Shown here: one piece after another, positions 27,826 through 37,781 of the stretch | How the letters are laid out: every line of letters starts with the position of its first letter | Position numbering within the stretch: the stretch's first letter is position 1 | Source of the DNA: Microgenomates group bacterium Gr01-1014_5 | Lineage (GTDB): Bacteria; Patescibacteriota; Microgenomatia; UBA8517; UBA10165 | NCBI GenBank assembly: GCA_007376395.1 | Contig: VMGE01000002.1 | Span: 77,118-141,117, forward strand | DNA length: 64,000 bases | Reading direction: 5' to 3' | Notes under the pieces: model-generated | Seen by the model: the letters and a program-made list of their open reading frames with translations, nothing else | Told to the model about the DNA's origin: nothing | The model's database searches: none | Translations under genes and position numbers: made by a program

Positions 27826-29624
27826 TAGGGTTTGAGTTCTGATTGGCGGACGATGTCGGCATAGACTCCACCATTTTCTAACAATTTCTGGTGTGTTCCG
27901 CGTTCAACAACCCGGCCGCGCTCCATTACAAAAATCTGGTCTGCGTGTTGGACGGTAGACAGCCTGTGAGCGATAATAATTTTTGTCATTGAATGTTCGC
28001 GCGACATTTCTTCCAAAGCCTTTTGAATTAAAGCCTCGGACATAGTGTCTAAGTGGCTTGTCGGTTCGTCCATAATCAAGACTTTAGGCTCGGCAAAAAG
28101 CGCGCGGGCAATCGCCAGCCTCTGCCTTTGACCGCCCGAAAGTTTTACCCCTCGCTCACCGATTAAGGTTTGATAGCCGTGATCCAGTTCTAAGATAAAC
28201 TCGTGTGCATGAGACAGCGCGGCCGCGCGCAAAACCCTTTTTTCTACAGAGGCAAAAGTTTTTTTACCGGCAGAGTATGAAATAACTTCCCAAATTCTTC
28301 TGTTTGGCACTGGAGAATCTTGAAAAACAACAGATGTTTGTGCGCGGTAAGTGTCTAAATCTAAATTACGGAGGTCGTATTTGCCGTCAAGCACAATTTG
28401 ACCCAAAGTCGGGTCATAATAACGGGATAACAACTTGGCAATTGTTGACTTGCCCGATCCAGACCTACCAACCAAAGCCACAAACGACCCTGCAGGAATC
28501 GTCAACGTTACGTTACGCAAAACCTTGCGCTTGCTGTAAGCAAACGTAACATGACGGAAAGCAATTTGGCCCTCAATCTCAACTTTGACCGGGTTCTCGG
28601 CTTGTTTTATTGACGAGCTTTTAGAAAAGAGGGAAGTAAACCGGTCAACCGGTTCTTTTGCGTCCATAACGCGTTCGTAAATTCTTCCCAAGCGATAAAT
28701 ATGTGAATACGCGCGCTCTGTAAGAGTGATTAAAAACACCAAACTTCCAACAGTTAACCTCCCTGCTTTTATCTCAAAAAGCCCCAACACTAACATTCCT
28801 GCATAAAACCCCTCCATAAGAATACTGCGTCCAAACCCTGTAAATAGATGGCGCCTTACCTCGGTAAAGGAAATACTTTCAATTAGTCCCCAGATTGAAC
28901 CAAACGAACGGTTTTCGCGCGTCTCTTGGGCAAAAGCTTTGACAACCGTAATGTTTGTTATCGCGTCGCCAATTTCATCTGAAGAATCTTCATAGGCATC
29001 GTGCCTTCGTTTACGCAACAGGGCAGTAGACTGATATATCTTAAAAGTGATAAAGATGAACGGGAAGATTGAGAATGTAAAAATAGTTCCAATCGTCCAG
29101 CTTGTCAAAATCATTAAAATCGAGGTGACGGTTAATTGAATGACAACCGGCTGGAATTCAAACACGTAGCTCTCGACTAGCTGGCTTAATTTGTCTACCC
29201 CGCGGTTGACGATGTTAATCTTCGTCCCTGTGTGCACCTTTTCGTGATAATCAAGCGATAATTCTAACAACTTGGCAAAAGCACGCGTCGACATGTGAGT
29301 TTCAACGTTAATTAAAAGCTTGATAATGACATAATCTGTAATGTAATCGATAAGAATTGAAAGGAAGCGAACGCCAGCCAAACCCCCAACCACCCAGAGG
29401 GCAGTTTCGAGGCTCAAAACGCCTTTTGTGCGCACCAAAAGATCAAGGATTTTTCCAAAGAGATATGGCCCTCCGAGACGGATTGTCTCAAAGAGGGCGG
29501 TAATCGCCAGAATCCGGTAAAAATCCTTTTTGAAAGGCGCCAAAAGCCGCCAAACTTTAAGTAGGAAATTGGTACTTACTTTTTTTGATTTTGACATAAA
29601 CTTAGAACACAGAACAAAGGACAA
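27825..29624 (-). CDS. ABC exporter, fused permease + ATPase (MsbA/MdlB-like)
   Basis: 6-TM N-terminal domain, Walker A GRSGSGKST, signature LSGGQRQRLAIARAL. Confidence 0.85.
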   Translation of the reverse strand: MSFVLCSKFMSKSKKVSTNFLLKVWRLLAPFKKDFYRILAITALFETIRLGGPYLFGKILDLLVRTKGVLSLETALWVVGGLAGVRFLSILIDYITDYVIIKLLINVETHMSTRAFAKLLELSLDYHEKVHTGTKINIVNRGVDKLSQLVESYVFEFQPVVIQLTVTSILMILTSWTIGTIFTFSIFPFIFITFKIYQSTALLRKRRHDAYEDSSDEIGDAITNITVVKAFAQETRENRSFGSIWGLIESISFTEVRRHLFTGFGRSILMEGFYAGMLVLGLFEIKAGRLTVGSLVFLITLTERAYSHIYRLGRIYERVMDAKEPVDRFTSLFSKSSSIKQAENPVKVEIEGQIAFRHVTFAYSKRKVLRNVTLTIPAGSFVALVGRSGSGKSTIAKLLSRYYDPTLGQIVLDGKYDLRNLDLDTYRAQTSVVFQDSPVPNRRIWEVISYSAGKKTFASVEKRVLRAAALSHAHEFILELDHGYQTLIGERGVKLSGGQRQRLAIARALFAEPKVLIMDEPTSHLDTMSEALIQKALEEMSREHSMTKIIIAHRLSTVQHADQIFVMERGRVVERGTHQKLLENGGVYADIVRQSELKP

Positions 29625-29641
29625 AGAACATGGGAACCATT

Positions 29642-29666
29642 AAAAAACCGGCTTTCGCCGGTTTCC
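29642..29666 (-). terminator. rho-independent terminator
   Basis: Minus-strand stem AAACCGGC/GCCGGTTT with gaaa loop followed by a T-run; downstream of the 29804-30472 gene. Confidence 0.6.
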
Positions 29667-29803
29667 GAATCTATTTAGAAATTTTTTAAAACTTTAATTT
29701 CTCCAGACATGAAAACCGCCCGATTTCTCGGAATTTATTAACACTGTAAATAGTTACAGCTTTTACCACTGTGAATTTACTATATGACTCATAGTAACCA
29801 ATG

Positions 29804-30472
29804 TCAATAGGTGAATTTGAAAGTTGCAAGAACCCTATCAAAAACTTCTTCTTTTTCGTCCCAACCCCAATGTAACTGGTAAACTATGCCGCGCTTGGGA
29901 ATGTGTACTGTAATAAATCGTTCTTCATAAGGCCCAAGTGCTCCCTCTTTGAGCACGCTCGTAAATCTTTTCGCCTTAACACCATCGACGCCAACTTCAG
30001 TTTCAGTAACCGTGTACACTTCGTCACTCTTCGGCTTTACAGGTTTCTCGGAAATTGTAATTTCCACGTCGTATTTTGAGTCTCGGGCACAAGAAGCCAT
30101 GTTTACCACATCTTCGGTTTGAACGCGCGATCTTCTTGAAAGAATAAAGCCTTCTTGCTCACAAACATATCTGACGAGTATGTCGCTGGGATATTTTAAT
30201 GAATAACCTAAAACTTCGTCTGTGTACGTTTTCCATTTATCTGTTTCGTTTCCGGGACAAACAAACTCACAATTTGGGCCGGTCCGCCCGACATAACTTC
30301 CGTCCGGGCATTGCAGTGCGTCTTGAGTACAAACTACACTTTCAGGACTTGGCGAGACGAGCGCAATCGGAAGCGACTGCTTACCCTGTTTAACGCCGTA
30401 AAAATAAGCAAGACCAACAGAAAGAAGAGCCAAGACTAAGACTAAAATTACAGGAGCAAAACCACGTTGCAT
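29804..30472 (-). CDS. secreted/membrane-anchored Cys-rich hypothetical protein
   Basis: N-terminal hydrophobic anchor, 8 Cys in the first 80 mature residues. Confidence 0.45.
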   Translation of the reverse strand: MQRGFAPVILVLVLALLSVGLAYFYGVKQGKQSLPIALVSPSPESVVCTQDALQCPDGSYVGRTGPNCEFVCPGNETDKWKTYTDEVLGYSLKYPSDILVRYVCEQEGFILSRRSRVQTEDVVNMASCARDSKYDVEITISEKPVKPKSDEVYTVTETEVGVDGVKAKRFTSVLKEGALGPYEERFITVHIPKRGIVYQLHWGWDEKEEVFDRVLATFKFTY

Positions 30473-30508
30473 AAATTCAGTGAAGCACTTTCAGGTTATG
30501 AAATCAAC

Positions 30509-30781
30509 TTACCTAATCTGAACAGTAAGCTTTGAACCTGTGGCTGAAGCAAACTTCTCTAAAAACGCAATTGACGGGTTCGCGTTTCCAGATTCAAGCC
30601 TCGCAATCGCTGACTGCTTAGTTCCAATCCTCTTTGCTAACTGTTCTTGTGTTAAACCTTTCTTTGCTCTTGCCCCTATCAGCTGGGAAATAAGAGCATA
30701 ACGGGGCGCAAGTCTTTTGTACTCGATTGCAACTTTCTTGTCTTTAAGTAGTTCTTTTTTGAGTGTTTTCCAAGTAGTCAT
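30509..30781 (-). CDS. higA: XRE-family HTH antitoxin (HigA-like)
   Basis: LTQEQLAKRIGTKQSAIARLESG helix-turn-helix; downstream partner of a HigB-like toxin. Confidence 0.75.
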   Translation of the reverse strand: MTTWKTLKKELLKDKKVAIEYKRLAPRYALISQLIGARAKKGLTQEQLAKRIGTKQSAIARLESGNANPSIAFLEKFASATGSKLTVQIR

Positions 30782-30801
30782 ACTTAACTATAACATATAT
30801 G

Positions 30802-31137
30802 TTATAGTCCGTCAATTCCTAATAACCTTTTCTCTGAAGTTGATATTTCTCTGGCAGGAGTTTTCTGTGTTTGTTTTTTAAAAACATGGAGTAACCATAT
30901 CGTTCTGCCTTTAAATGCATAAGTAATTCTAATCTCTTGTTTCCCTCTAGCTCTCAACTCGTAAATCTCTGAGGTAAGCTTCTTAGAGTGGGGCATTCTC
31001 AAAAGGTGTCCGTGCGTTTCCAGCAAATCGATAACGTGAGAAATCTTTGGAATTATTTGCGAATCACAACTCTTAATAAACTCGTCAACTGGTTTCTCAC
31101 CCCTCTTGGTTTCATAAGTTTTAACCCGCCAAGGCAT
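30802..31137 (-). CDS. higB: RelE/ParE-superfamily toxin, HigB / Gp49-like subtype
   Basis: IYELRARG...IRITYAF...IWLLHVFKKQTQKTPAREI matches the Gp49-like HigB signature; toxin-first gene order. Confidence 0.75.
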   Translation of the reverse strand: MPWRVKTYETKRGEKPVDEFIKSCDSQIIPKISHVIDLLETHGHLLRMPHSKKLTSEIYELRARGKQEIRITYAFKGRTIWLLHVFKKQTQKTPAREISTSEKRLLGIDGL

Positions 31138-31179
31138 AAGTAATAATACACTGCGTTTACGGTGTCAAAGACAGCACAG

Positions 31180-31237
31180 GCTCTGCTTAATATTCGATAT
31201 CAAGCTCTGCTTACCGTTTGACGGCAAGCTTTGCTTA
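31180..31237. promoter_or_regulatory. three direct repeats CA(A/G)GCT(C/T)TGCTTA phased exactly 24 bp apart upstream of higB
   Basis: Copies at 31180, 31204 and 31228. An imperfect palindrome GGTGTCAAAGACAGC overlaps a TTGACA -35 at 31164-31169 (minus strand). Confidence 0.5.
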
Positions 31238-31651
31238 CGAAGTTAACATTTTTCCGCCTCTGTGGAAAAAACGGCGGCCGCGCTCTTGCATCTCAGAAAT
31301 ATGGGTATGGGGAGATTCAATGTGGGTTCTTGGCTCTTCCTCTTCAACAAACGCTTCGTAGGGAATTTCCTCTTCAATTTTTTTCTCCAACCTGTGGCCT
31401 GAAGAGGCTTTGTCATGTAATAAATCGAAGATTCCTTTAATTCCTTTCATTCCCTCAACAAAGTTGGCAACGCCAATAATCGGTTTAACAACAGTATCGG
31501 TAACTATCCCGGCGTCATCAAGAATTTTATTTAATTTTTGAAGGGTTTTCTGCGTCTCGCGCAGGATCAGGAAAACCTGTACGCCGACAAAAACGAGAAG
31601 TCCGGTGAGAATAGTGACAACTACTGCGAGCAGTATTTGGGTAGGCTCCAT
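31235..31651 (-). CDS. small membrane protein, hypothetical
   Basis: One N-terminal TM helix, acidic C-terminus. Minus-strand TTGAAA-17-TAAATT promoter ~8 nt from the ATG; TTAGCAtacTGCTAA palindrome at 31660-31674. Confidence 0.4.
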   Translation of the reverse strand: MEPTQILLAVVVTILTGLLVFVGVQVFLILRETQKTLQKLNKILDDAGIVTDTVVKPIIGVANFVEGMKGIKGIFDLLHDKASSGHRLEKKIEEEIPYEAFVEEEEPRTHIESPHTHISEMQERGRRFFHRGGKMLTS

Positions 31652-31726
31652 ACAATCAAATTTAGCATACTGCTAAGTAATTTTCAATTTACAATTTTTC
31701 GTATTAGATACAATATCCATTTCAAA

Positions 31727-32329
31727 TTATTCAATTGGCTTTGAGACAGTAGACTTCTTGCCTGTGCGCGAGGTTGCCTCGACATAAACCGCAGAGTTAA
31801 TAAGGTCTTGTCTTTCAACCTCTGCTTTAAAACTCCCGTCACTCTCGACCAATATTGGTCTGCCGTTAACCTCAACCGTTGCAGAAGGTGAGGTCTTTCC
31901 ACTTACCCCAATCACGCCACTATCACTGACACTAACACTGAGCGGCGGAGGCGCGGAAAATTGGAAATATTGCCGGCCTAAGTAAAAACCTAAGAAGACT
32001 AAGCTTAAAATTATGGTGGCGAAAATTGTCGTTTTTGGTGTCCAGAGAGAACTTGGATAGAGCGCGATTTCGCGGGTGTACGACGCTCCCTGGTTTTGCG
32101 GGAAATCACGGCGCAGGAGAGCCGCAACCAAGCTTGGATTCGCTTCGACGTTTTGCGCGTAAACCCTGGCAAAACCTTGGGCAACTGTGAAGTTTGGCAA
32201 GTTACCCCAATCGGAATCCTCAAGAGCTGATAAAAACTTTTCTTTAATCCTCGTTTTTCTAGAAACTTGAGACAAAGTTTTCTTCTTTGCCTCTCTGGCT
32301 TCTTTTAAAACTGTTCCCGCAGATCGCAT
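31727..32329 (-). CDS. RodZ-like HTH membrane protein
   Basis: N-terminal XRE-type HTH (LSQVSRKTRIKEKFLSALE), central TM helix, C-terminal extracytoplasmic segment. Confidence 0.6.
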   Translation of the reverse strand: MRSAGTVLKEAREAKKKTLSQVSRKTRIKEKFLSALEDSDWGNLPNFTVAQGFARVYAQNVEANPSLVAALLRRDFPQNQGASYTREIALYPSSLWTPKTTIFATIILSLVFLGFYLGRQYFQFSAPPPLSVSVSDSGVIGVSGKTSPSATVEVNGRPILVESDGSFKAEVERQDLINSAVYVEATSRTGKKSTVSKPIE

Positions 32330-32332
32330 AGA

Positions 32333-34405
32333 CTAATTAACATTTTGTTGCGCCAAGAAACTTTCCGCGTCGGAAATTAAAACATCCCTCGGCTTTGCTC
32401 CATCTCCCGGGCCTACAACACCGCGCGCTTCCAATTGATCGAGAATACGCGCCGCGCGGGCATACCCAATAGCAAGCCTTCTTTGAAGTAAAGAGGCAGA
32501 GGCCTTGTCAGACTGACAAATTACACGCACAGAGTCGTCAAATAAACTGTCTTTCTCTTCACCGGCTGACAGACCAACATTGCCGCGGGCTCCTTTGACC
32601 GGTTGGCTAGTCACTTCTTCTGTATATTGTGGAGAAATTCCGGTCTTTTTCAAAAACTCGATTAAACGCTGTGAGTCTGAGTCAGAAACGTAAGTTCCCT
32701 GAATCCTACGGGGTCTTGCCTCGTCAGGAGGCAAAAACAGCATGTCTCCCCGCCCAAGAAGCCGTTCGGCGCCAGGTGTATCTAAAATAACGCGCGAATC
32801 AACCAAAGATGAAACTGCAAAAGCAATGCGGCAAGGAATGTTGGCTTTGATCAGCCCTGTTAAAACATCGACTGAGGGGCGTTGCGTGGCTAGAATCATA
32901 TGAATTCCGGTTGCGCGTGACATTTGGGCTAAGCGGGTAATGCAATCCTCTACCTCTACCGGAGAAAAGAGCATAATATCTGCCAACTCATCAATAACCA
33001 AAACTATATGCGGTAAAGCTTGAAAACCGGAAATTTCGTTATAACTTTCTATATTACGCGCGCCAACATGGGCAAACATTTTATAGCGGTGATCCATTTC
33101 GTTCATTAAATACTTCAAAGCAGAGACTACCTTATCAGGGTCGACAATAACAGGAGCTAAAAGGTGCGGGACGCCATTGTAACCTGTTAACTCAACACGT
33201 TTCGGGTCTACCAAAACAAACTTTACTTCATTAGGAGAAGCACGGAAAAGTATTGTGGTGATAAAGGAGTTAACAGCAACCGATTTACCAGACCCTGTTT
33301 GTCCGGCAATTAGACAATGCGGCATTTTAGCAAGGTTATAAACAATCGGCTTTCCGGCAACATCTAACCCCAAAGAAAGGGTTAGCTTACTCTTTGAGTC
33401 GCGCATCACGTCAGATTCTAAAATCTTCTTCATCGGAACAAACTCGGGGGCACGGTTGGGCAACTCAATACCCACCAATGAACGTCCCGGGATCGGGGCT
33501 TCAATTCTGATTAGTCCGGAAGGAGCAGCAAGTGCTAAAGCCAAATCATTGGCAAGTCCGGTAATTTTAGTCAGCTTTGTTCCAAGAGCAACTTCAATAG
33601 CATATTGGGTAACTGCCGGACCGAGATTAACTTCGACAACTTTTGCCTGAACTCCAAACGATTCGAGAGTGCGCTCGATAACTGCGGCATTAGCCTTGAT
33701 ATCCCCGCGGTCAGCCTTACCCGAAGCGCTGTCTTGCAATAAGGAAAGAGGTGGATAGTCCCAAATTTTATCCTGTCCGGGAACATTGACCGCAGAGGCA
33801 GTGATTGCCTCCTTGTTTTCTTTCGCAAGTTGAGAAGTCGAAGGCGTAGCGTCACCGCCTGAAATTTTTATTCCCCCGGCCAAAGCTCTGGCAGGTTTGC
33901 CTGAAGTGCCTAGGATGTGATGGCGTAAACGGACAAGTATGGATAAAAAAATCGCCATCACTTGGTCGAGCGAGGCGTTAAATAAAATTAAAAAACCAAT
34001 TACCAACCCGCCAAGATAAATAACAAAGGCTCCGGGGCCGGTAATCATCACGGCAATTGCGTTCCAAGCTTCACTACCGACAACCCCGGCACTGGTTAAA
34101 GCCGCAAGTGTAATTACTAAAATTAAGGCTCCAACCAGTACGTTTGGCTGATTTATGGGAGTTTGAAACTTGGAAAACATCAAGCCAGAAACAAGAAGTA
34201 TAAAAGGTAAAAAGATGGCTGTCCAAGAGAAAAATTCAAGAAGAAACTCGTTTAACGACAAAAGTATGCCTTGACGCGAAAAGGAAACAACTATTATTCC
34301 CGCCAGGGAAAGAAAGAGAACTTGTGCAATTGAATAGACAGTGTGTTTTTTAAGATTGAAGCGGAAAGCGCGGCGCCAAATTGGACCTCTTTTGGTTCTG
34401 GGCAT
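32333..34405 (-). CDS. ftsK: DNA translocase FtsK/SpoIIIE
   Basis: N-terminal TM domain, Walker A GQTGSGKS, FtsK alpha/beta motor blocks, C-terminal gamma-like wHTH. Confidence 0.9.
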   Translation of the reverse strand: MPRTKRGPIWRRAFRFNLKKHTVYSIAQVLFLSLAGIIVVSFSRQGILLSLNEFLLEFFSWTAIFLPFILLVSGLMFSKFQTPINQPNVLVGALILVITLAALTSAGVVGSEAWNAIAVMITGPGAFVIYLGGLVIGFLILFNASLDQVMAIFLSILVRLRHHILGTSGKPARALAGGIKISGGDATPSTSQLAKENKEAITASAVNVPGQDKIWDYPPLSLLQDSASGKADRGDIKANAAVIERTLESFGVQAKVVEVNLGPAVTQYAIEVALGTKLTKITGLANDLALALAAPSGLIRIEAPIPGRSLVGIELPNRAPEFVPMKKILESDVMRDSKSKLTLSLGLDVAGKPIVYNLAKMPHCLIAGQTGSGKSVAVNSFITTILFRASPNEVKFVLVDPKRVELTGYNGVPHLLAPVIVDPDKVVSALKYLMNEMDHRYKMFAHVGARNIESYNEISGFQALPHIVLVIDELADIMLFSPVEVEDCITRLAQMSRATGIHMILATQRPSVDVLTGLIKANIPCRIAFAVSSLVDSRVILDTPGAERLLGRGDMLFLPPDEARPRRIQGTYVSDSDSQRLIEFLKKTGISPQYTEEVTSQPVKGARGNVGLSAGEEKDSLFDDSVRVICQSDKASASLLQRRLAIGYARAARILDQLEARGVVGPGDGAKPRDVLISDAESFLAQQNVN

Positions 34406-34433
34406 GTTAATTGGAGTATATCACAACTTGAGG

Positions 34434-36089
34434 CTAGACCTCGACAACCACTGGTAATACCATAGGTCTTCTTCCGGTTTCTTCAAAAAAGAAGCGTTCT
34501 AAAAAGTCTACCGCTACTTCTTTAACACCTATCGGATTGGCAACTTTTATTCTTTCGCTTATTTTACGAGACAACTCGGCTGAGGCGCGGTCAAGAAACT
34601 CTTGCTGTTCTTTTGCAAAGACAAACCCGCGGCTAACGATATCCGGCTTGGCCGTTAGTTTTCCGTTTTGGTGATCTGTCTGTAAAATTACAATAACAAC
34701 TCCTTCTTTGGCAAGAGTCTGGCGGTCGCGCAATACAACATTGCCCACGTCACCCACTCCTAACCCGTCAACCAAAACGTTTTTAACGGCTATTCTCTCT
34801 CCTTTTTTAGGATCTCCGTCTTTAGCAAATTCGACTGATTCACCTTCTCTTAACTCAAACACTTGCTCTTTTTTCCATCCCATCATCTCGGCAAGTTCCC
34901 GGTAAGCGCGCATGTGACGTATTGTTCCGCCAACCGGAATTAAATATTTAGGTTTAATCAAAGCAAAAAGCATTTCTATATCTTTTTGACTGCCATGACC
35001 TGAGACGTGCAAGTCATCCTGGGTATCGTAATAATGCACAACCGCACCCTTTTCCATTAAATTATCAACAACAAAGTTAACCGCTTGTTCAGTTCCGGGC
35101 GGCGCTGGATCTGCAGAAAAAACTACATAGTCATCTGTCTCTATTTGCAAAAATGGATGTTCTCCCATAGCCACGCGGTGCAGTGCTGATCCTGTTTGGC
35201 CATAACTGCCTGAAATAATGTAAGTTACTTTATCGCTTGGCAGTTTTTGTGCTTCGCGTGGAGTAATCACGGTTCCGGGTATCCATTTCAAATGACCGAG
35301 TTTTCTGGCAATTTCTGCTTTTTTCTCGGTAGAGCGTCCGACAAAAGCAACTTTCCGCCCAACTAATTCTGAGGCGCGGATTGCCAAATACATACGCGAA
35401 ATGTTCGAAGATAAAGTTGTAAAATACACCCGCTTCTGCGCCTTTTCGATAACAAAGTCTATATTTTGTTCGATTTCCCGTTCAGACTTGGTATACCCCA
35501 CAGAAGTTGATCCTAACGCATCAGAAGCCAAAGCTAAAACCCCGTCAGAAGCCAAAACGGCTGCCTTGGTTATATCAAACGGCTTTTGATCAATTGGCGT
35601 CCAGTCGAATTTGTAATCCGGAACATGGAAAATTTTACCTACTGGTGTAGTGATGCAAAACCCAACGCCGTCTGGAACGGAATGAGCAACACGAAACGAG
35701 TCTATTCTAAAACTACCAATGTTAAACCCTTCTTTTTCAGGGTTAAAGATATTAACCTTAATTTTTTTGCCGTAATCTAAAAATTTATCTTCAATAAACG
35801 CCGCCACGAGCTGTGTAGAATAAATTGGTGCTTGCAGCTCGTTAAACAAAAAGGGGAGAGCGCCCAAATGGTCTTCGTGACCGTGAGAAATCAAAATCCC
35901 TTTTATCTTTTCCTTATTCTCAACAAGGTAAGTAAAATCAGGAATAACTAAATCAATCCCAAAAGTAGCCTCTTCAGGAAAGCCTACTCCGCAGTCAACC
36001 ACGAGAATCTCGTCTCTGTATTCATAGAGATACATATTCTCGGTAACACTGGTTGTACCAGATAGTGCTACAAAACGAAGTTTATCCAT
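34434..36089 (-). CDS. rnj: ribonuclease J (metallo-beta-lactamase / beta-CASP)
   Basis: HGHEDH motif and beta-CASP/RNase J domain order. Confidence 0.9.
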   Translation of the reverse strand: MDKLRFVALSGTTSVTENMYLYEYRDEILVVDCGVGFPEEATFGIDLVIPDFTYLVENKEKIKGILISHGHEDHLGALPFLFNELQAPIYSTQLVAAFIEDKFLDYGKKIKVNIFNPEKEGFNIGSFRIDSFRVAHSVPDGVGFCITTPVGKIFHVPDYKFDWTPIDQKPFDITKAAVLASDGVLALASDALGSTSVGYTKSEREIEQNIDFVIEKAQKRVYFTTLSSNISRMYLAIRASELVGRKVAFVGRSTEKKAEIARKLGHLKWIPGTVITPREAQKLPSDKVTYIISGSYGQTGSALHRVAMGEHPFLQIETDDYVVFSADPAPPGTEQAVNFVVDNLMEKGAVVHYYDTQDDLHVSGHGSQKDIEMLFALIKPKYLIPVGGTIRHMRAYRELAEMMGWKKEQVFELREGESVEFAKDGDPKKGERIAVKNVLVDGLGVGDVGNVVLRDRQTLAKEGVVIVILQTDHQNGKLTAKPDIVSRGFVFAKEQQEFLDRASAELSRKISERIKVANPIGVKEVAVDFLERFFFEETGRRPMVLPVVVEV

Positions 36090-36222
36090 AAGAAGAATTT
36101 CTAATTATTCTAATTTCTAACTGCGAAGCAACAAGCTTCGCTTATTAATCTAAACATAATTTTAACTGATTTCAGCCTATAACGCAATCGTTAGAAATTA
36201 GGTTAATTAGATCAATTAGAAA

Positions 36223-36846
36223 TTAAAACAGACTCGTTTGTTTTGGTTTCTCTTCTTCTGTTTTAATCTCCTGGGCTTTTTTCAATACTTCAAGAATTAA
36301 CTTAAAATCTTCTTTTAATTGTTGCATAATTTGTCCCGCCCGCAAAGCAGCAGCCGGGTGATACATTGGAATAATGATTACAGTTCTTCCTTGCCATTCA
36401 ATTGTCCGTGGGTTTCCATGCACTTGGCTAATTTTTACACCAGGCATAAACTTATTCATGGAAAATCTCCCCAGCGTTACAATTACCCGAGGTTTAATAA
36501 TTTCTATTTCCCGGTCTACATAAGGCTGGAAAGCCGTAATTTCTTCTGGAGTAGGATCACGGTTTTCGGGAGGACGAAAACGTACGATATTGGAAATGTA
36601 AACGTCTTTTCTTTTTAAACCAATGCTTTCGATTAACTTGTCCAGTAATTTTCCTGCTTGCCCAACAAAGGGTCTTCCTTGCTGGTTTTCATAGTAACCC
36701 GGCGCTTCACCAAGGCAATAAATTAAGGCATCCGGGTTTCCCTCCCCAAAAACCAGGCGCGTTTCCCGTGTGCGCAACGGGAGGCTTTTGTCTGCCCCCA
36801 TCTCTTGTTTAAGTTTTTTTAGCTCTATATTCTTGTCCATGCGCAA
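36223..36846 (-). CDS. uracil-DNA glycosylase, family 4
   Basis: GEGNPDA...GEAPG...GRPFVGQAGKLL and C-terminal HPAA motifs. Confidence 0.85.
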   Translation of the reverse strand: MRMDKNIELKKLKQEMGADKSLPLRTRETRLVFGEGNPDALIYCLGEAPGYYENQQGRPFVGQAGKLLDKLIESIGLKRKDVYISNIVRFRPPENRDPTPEEITAFQPYVDREIEIIKPRVIVTLGRFSMNKFMPGVKISQVHGNPRTIEWQGRTVIIIPMYHPAAALRAGQIMQQLKEDFKLILEVLKKAQEIKTEEEKPKQTSLF

Positions 36847-36867
36847 GAATATGTTACAATATATTTC

Positions 36868-37518
36868 GTGAGACTTCTTCTGCCAATATCTCTTCTTTTC
36901 TTTCTTTTGGTTTCCAATGTTACTACTGCGGCTTTAGCCCAAGATGGGAGTCGCGGTAGTAATACTGGAGGCAAATCTTCCGCTATTACAGATCGACGAG
37001 AAACGATAAAAGAAACTATTAAAACCCGCCGTGAAGAGGTAAAAGCCCGCGCCGAAGAAAGAAGAGTCGAGTTAAAAACAAAACTTGCCGAATTTAAAGA
37101 CAAGAAAAAGGCAGAGATTGCCGAGCGTATCGACAAAAAACTAACTTCTGTTAATGAAAAACGTACTACCCAAATGTCTGAAACGATTACGAAGATGAAC
37201 GAGATGGTAACAAAACTTGAAACTAGAATTGCTGCTGCGCGAACTGCAGGCAAAGACGTTACAGGAGCACAAACCACCCTGGACACGGCAAAAACTGCTA
37301 TTTCTACTGCCTCGTCCGCAGTAACTGCCCAAGCAGGCAAGGATTATGGCACAACAGTCTCGTCTGAAACAACAGCTAAAACCGAACTGAAAACAGCCAG
37401 AGACTCATTAAACACAGACCTAAAAGCAACCCATTCGCAGCTGGTTGCCGCCAAACAAGCGTTAGCCAAGGCAATAAGCAGTGTTAAAAGCTTAGGAGGG
37501 GATAATAAAGGTGAATAA
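36868..37518 (+). CDS. secreted coiled-coil protein, hypothetical
   Basis: Signal peptide, K/E/T-rich helical low-complexity sequence. Confidence 0.45.
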   Translation: MRLLLPISLLFFLLVSNVTTAALAQDGSRGSNTGGKSSAITDRRETIKETIKTRREEVKARAEERRVELKTKLAEFKDKKKAEIAERIDKKLTSVNEKRTTQMSETITKMNEMVTKLETRIAAARTAGKDVTGAQTTLDTAKTAISTASSAVTAQAGKDYGTTVSSETTAKTELKTARDSLNTDLKATHSQLVAAKQALAKAISSVKSLGGDNKGE

Positions 37519-37780
37519 TAATTCTCGTGGTTTTATTGAAATAGTTTTAGTACTGGTCGGGTTTTTGGTATTGGTTGGAGTTGCAGTCTTTTGGTTTACA
37601 ACCCAGCCTAAAAAACTTTCGCTCCCTAATTTTACAGAATCTAGACAACCTCCTCAAGCTTCACCTAGCCCGGCCGCTGGCACTAACGCGAGTTTATTAG
37701 ACGCAGACTTAGAAGCAATAGAGATTGTGGACCCTGCCCAAGACATAAAAGACATCGATCGCGACCTCAACAGCCTCTAA
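37511..37780 (+). CDS. small membrane protein, hypothetical
   Basis: Single TM helix near the N-terminus; overlaps the previous ORF by 8 bp. Confidence 0.3.
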   Translation: MNNNSRGFIEIVLVLVGFLVLVGVAVFWFTTQPKKLSLPNFTESRQPPQASPSPAAGTNASLLDADLEAIEIVDPAQDIKDIDRDLNSL

Positions 37781-37781
37781 A

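Noticed and set aside
36090-36222. AT-rich direct repeats (TTCTAATT, TTAGAAATTA) and a CGAAGCaacaaGCTTCG hairpin between rnj and the UDG gene as a mobile-element end or terminator
   Set aside because: Low-complexity AT-rich promoter region; the hairpin lacks a U-tract, the repeats are short and there are no flanking transposase or integrase genes.
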